Below, one piece after another: positions 61,036 to 64,000 of a DNA stretch of 64,000 nt; the first letter of the stretch is position 1, and each line of letters opens with the position of its first letter. Under the pieces are notes generated by a model. That model was not told the DNA's origin and searched no databases. It worked only from the letters and a program-made list of their open reading frames with translations. Source of the DNA: the human T2T-CHM13v2.0 reference genome, Homo sapiens; contig CP086569.2 of assembly GCA_009914755.4 (NCBI GenBank), positions 7,872,001 to 7,936,000 on the forward strand, written 5' to 3'. The position numbers and the translations under genes were made by a program.

Positions 61036-61157
61036 TTTCCAATATGGTACCATGTTTCCCAAATACTGCTTTAAGCATCTTTTCATTGGTTTCTCTATTG
61101 AGGCCACCAATGAAAAGCTTGTTGGATGATCTGCTTCTACCATTGTGCTGTAAGTGG
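61036..61157 (-). pseudogene. RBMY-like exon 2 (initiator ATG at 61151-61153, minus strand) with a 1-bp deletion frameshift three codons after MVEADHP
   Basis: The minus strand reads …cacttacag|CACA ATG GTA GAA GCA GAT CAT CCA ACA AGC TTT TCA TTG GTG GCC TCA ATA GAG AAA CCA ATG AAA AGA TGC TTA AAG CAG TAT TTG GGA AAC ATG GTA CCA TAT TGG AAA|gtaact. After the frame correction this gives (G)[28 protein letters not shown], against RBMY1 [36 protein letters not shown]. Confidence 0.8.
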
Positions 61158-61494
61158 TAAAAAATTATCTATATTTAGATAAAAATAAGCTAAAGAGATA
61201 AAATTTTATTTCATACTGTGTTGAAAACTCAAGTAAAATTCCCTTCCAGAGGCTGACATCTTTTTAGTATTTCTTAATTTAAATATGCAAAATCTGTAAC
61301 ATACGGAGAAAAAGGGGCACTGACTTCATGGACAAATGCTACATTTTAATATGTACCTGAAAAAATCTTGTTTATAATAAAAATAATTTTCCTAAGCTGC
61401 AATATGAAGGATGCCACCATTTAAATAATTTTATTTGAAAACTATATATTTATGAGGTACAGTGTGATGTTTTACGTATCTTTTTTCTTCAGAT

Positions 61495-61748
61495 GTTTAT
61501 CTCCTGTTGCCAAAGTGCGCTGCTCACTGCAGCCTTCTCCATCCAGCCTCAACTGATCCTGCAACGTCTAAGCTTTCTAAGTAGCTGAAACTACAGGTGC
61601 TTTCTACCAGACCTGGGCAATTTTTTTAAATACACACGGTTTTCCTCATATTGCCCAAGCTGGTCTCTAACTCCTGGGCTCAAGCAATCTGCCGGCCTGG
61701 GACTACCAAAGTGATGGGATTTCAAGGGTGAATCACCACACCCAGTGT
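61495..61748 (-). mobile_element. Diverged Alu-like SINE (AluJ/FAM-type), minus orientation, in the RBMY-like exon1-exon2 intron
   Basis: …gatgtttatctcctgttgccaaagtgcgctgctcactgcagccttctccatccagcctcaactgatcctgc…gtagctgaaactacaggtgc…ttgcccaagctggtctctaactcctgggctcaagcaatctgccggcctgggactaccaaagtgatgggatttcaagggtgaatcaccacacccag. Confidence 0.65.
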
Positions 61749-62247
61749 GATATTTGAATGAAAGATTAAATCAAGCTAATTAAAATGTTCTTATGGGGAG
61801 AACATTTTAAATATTTTACCATCTTTAAGTGATTTGAAATGTATAATAGATCAAGGATCCCCAAACCCTGGCCTTCAACCTGTACCTGTCTGTGGACTGA
61901 ATGTGATGCCTGAGAATGACCTGTAATACCTGTCTGTGGAGAATGTAACCCCTGAGGATGGCCTGAGGTGGTAAATCTTCATCCAGCAACCATCCTTGCT
62001 AGCTCTCCCCCCATCCCTGCTGCCCCACCCTGTTCCCATGGAAGCCTCGCTGCCCCACCTTCCCCCTGTCACACTGCTCCCACAGGAAGCCCCGCCCCAC
62101 CACGTGCCCTTCGGGTCCCAGACACCAGTCCCCACTCCCAAAAGTGTCCACCTCGCTGCCTTCTTCCCCTGGGCAACCCTTGTCTGAGGAAAAATTATCT
62201 TCCACTAAACCGGTCCCTGATGAGAAAATGGCAATAGATTAAATGTT

Positions 62248-62340
62248 ATCCAGGCTGGTCTCCAACTCCTGAACTCAAGCCATCCTCCTACCTCCACTTC
62301 CGAAAATGCTAGGATTAAAAGAGTAAGTCAGTGTGCCAGG
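62248..62340 (-). mobile_element. Short Alu left-monomer fragment, minus orientation
   Basis: atccaggctggtctccaactcctgaactcaagccatcctcctacctccacttccgaaaatgctaggattaaaag…gtgtgccagg. Confidence 0.6.
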
Positions 62341-63099
62341 TTAATAGAATAACTTAAGCGCATTTATTTTGTTTCCTTTATAGGCTATGTAACTCCATTT
62401 AATTCGATTACACCCGCTTATTCGGTTTAAATTATTCACGGAGCCACACATACATGAAACATGTTTCAAATACTGTCATACAAGGAAGGAGACAATTTCA
62501 GGCTTTACGGAGGCAAATTTATATTGAGATTATTTATGCCCCCAGACTTCTACATACAGTAAAGTATCTCAAAATTTGCTAATTCCTGCCAAGGAAATCA
62601 GACATGTGACATTTGCTGACTAAAACTACGAGTTTTTAATCTCAGTGGTTAAGTATATTGCCTATATTTTGAATGATGACCACATTCACAGAGAAAAACC
62701 GCTTTAAAAAAAAATGCACATGAGAACAATGGAGCCTCAGCACTATCTCCCACAATTTGCCCACATGTCGGACATGTCCGACAGTCAAAGGTACAATCCT
62801 CAAGAAAAATCAATGAATTTAACAAAAATTAGTTTCTTAAGAGGACTAAGGCGTCCTCTCCCCACTGTCTCCTCCAATATTTTAACATCCACACATAGAA
62901 AACCCATTCCGTTTTATAGACAAAATCCCAAAACTTCGCTTTTTATTCTTGCCGAGAGACCAACCTGTCCAGAGAAACAGAAAATAAACGTGAATTTCAG
63001 TAGCAGAAACAGCCTCAGGGTAGCTCCGCCCTCAGGTCCTATGCATCCAGCTTCCAGATCCCACAGGGCCAACTGCATGAAAGACCCTTGGAGCTGGCC

Positions 63100-64000
63100 T
63101 GAGTGGGAAGGACGCCAGAAACTGTGCCGGGAAAGCCCACCTACCTCCAGCTGCCAATCATTGCGAGGGCGCTGGAGGTGGGCCAATCATTTCGAGGGCG
63201 GTTGGTGTCTCCCCTGTCGCCCAGCCCCTGGCTGGCCTGCAACTCCATCCTCCCGCGGTAAGACTCCTCTGAGAAGCTGCTTGTGCCAGGTAGTGGTGGG
63301 TTCAGGCACACGCGCGCGGACTGTGAGCCCTTTGGAATTGTGAGCATGGAAGACCTACACCCTCACTGGCATCCTGAGTGTGGCAAGCCACTGACTCACC
63401 AACACATGAAACATCTCACTTCATTAGGCAGGGTAGGCTGATGGTACTGAACATTGCAGATCCAGAGGCGAGAGAGAGGGAACAACGCTGCCTGCTGGGG
63501 AAGGGCAGCAGAGGTGGCTTGGGGCGAGTGGGGCGGGGCGGGGACGTGGGAGGAAAGTCGTCTGGTACCTTCCTGGGGTGGAATTCGTCTGCACCAGAAG
63601 CCAAAACCCCTCAAGGACTCTTTCAGATCTAGGAAAATACAGACTCCGACTTCCATGCTTCATCCTGAGGACGCTGAGGATGCTGTACTCCCAGTGGCAT
63701 TCCAAAGGACCTCTTGTCCTATGCCCTGGGCACACCAGAGGCTAGCCACCGTGGTAGCCCATCCGATGACCTGTGTGCACTGCCTTTCTGGCGCAGAGGC
63801 TCTCGCACTCGCAGCACCGGCCGCAGTACCTGCTAGGAGGGCTGTGGAAGCCCGCCCAGGGCCTCCGCCTCCGGCTACTGGGCTCCTGTGTGCACCTAAC
63901 CCTGAAGGGAATCCGGGCCCTATGGCGATGGCGGCGGGCTGTGGGTCCTGCGGGGCTTCCCAAGAACCCTGGGTCCACGTAGGTGTGAGACGTGATTCTC
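63100..64000. promoter_or_regulatory. CpG-island-like promoter module at the window edge: tandemly duplicated CCAAT-box unit (gccaatcattgcgagggcg / gccaatcatttcgagggcg, 63151-63199), GC/Sp1 boxes (ggggcgagtggggcggggcgggga, 63519-63545), splice-donor-like sites on both strands (minus: CAGCTGGAG|gtaggtggg ending at 63145; plus: cctcccgcg|gtaagactc at 63258)
   Basis: Composition shifts to GC-rich with CpGs retained (gcacacgcgcgcggactg, ccgatgacctg, ggcgatggcggcgggctg). It lies ~2 kb upstream (in the minus sense) of the RBMY-like ATG exon, whose ATG is preceded 4 nt upstream by an acceptor (ttacag|CACAATGG). That fits a non-coding exon 1 plus promoter for that gene, but the assignment is unproven. 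Confidence 0.5.

Overview
This is primate (almost certainly human) nuclear DNA, AT-rich and full of retroposons. It is not a prokaryotic locus: there are no operons, CRISPR arrays or rRNA/tRNA genes.

Repeat content I can support:
- About 22 Alu elements or fragments.
- Five L1 fragments.
- Many microsatellites.

The one gene-like feature is a multi-exon, intron-containing RBMY-family (hnRNP G / RBMX-like) gene copy on the minus strand at about 48.4-61.2 kb.
- Conceptual translation aligns exon by exon with human RBMY1: MVEADHP..., ...[25 protein letters not shown], ...VKRGPS..GGPPP.K, ...ENY.GPP...ISSWRND, a single SRGY box [30 protein letters not shown], and a C-terminus ...[37 protein letters not shown].
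- It carries at least three in-frame CGA->TGA nonsense mutations and several frameshifts, so it is a pseudogene.
- With its single SRGY box it looks RBMY2-like, which argues the window comes from the Y chromosome.

Other structures worth a second look:
- A roughly 1.5-kb AT-rich palindromic (TATATACTGTATA)n block whose unique flanks are themselves inverted repeats.
- A roughly 2.4-kb segment present twice in direct orientation (about 88-90% identical), with a microsatellite plus an Alu at the junction. The second copy is split by an L1 that shows a classic twin-priming 5' inversion and target-site duplications.
- An unexplained 3.5-kb GC-rich block that is not CpG-depleted (35.45-38.95 kb), sitting in AT-rich L1 territory.
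- A CpG-island-like promoter module with duplicated CCAAT boxes and GC boxes at the right edge (63.1-64.0 kb).
- Several young retroposon insertions with perfect target-site duplications.

I found no intact protein-coding gene.
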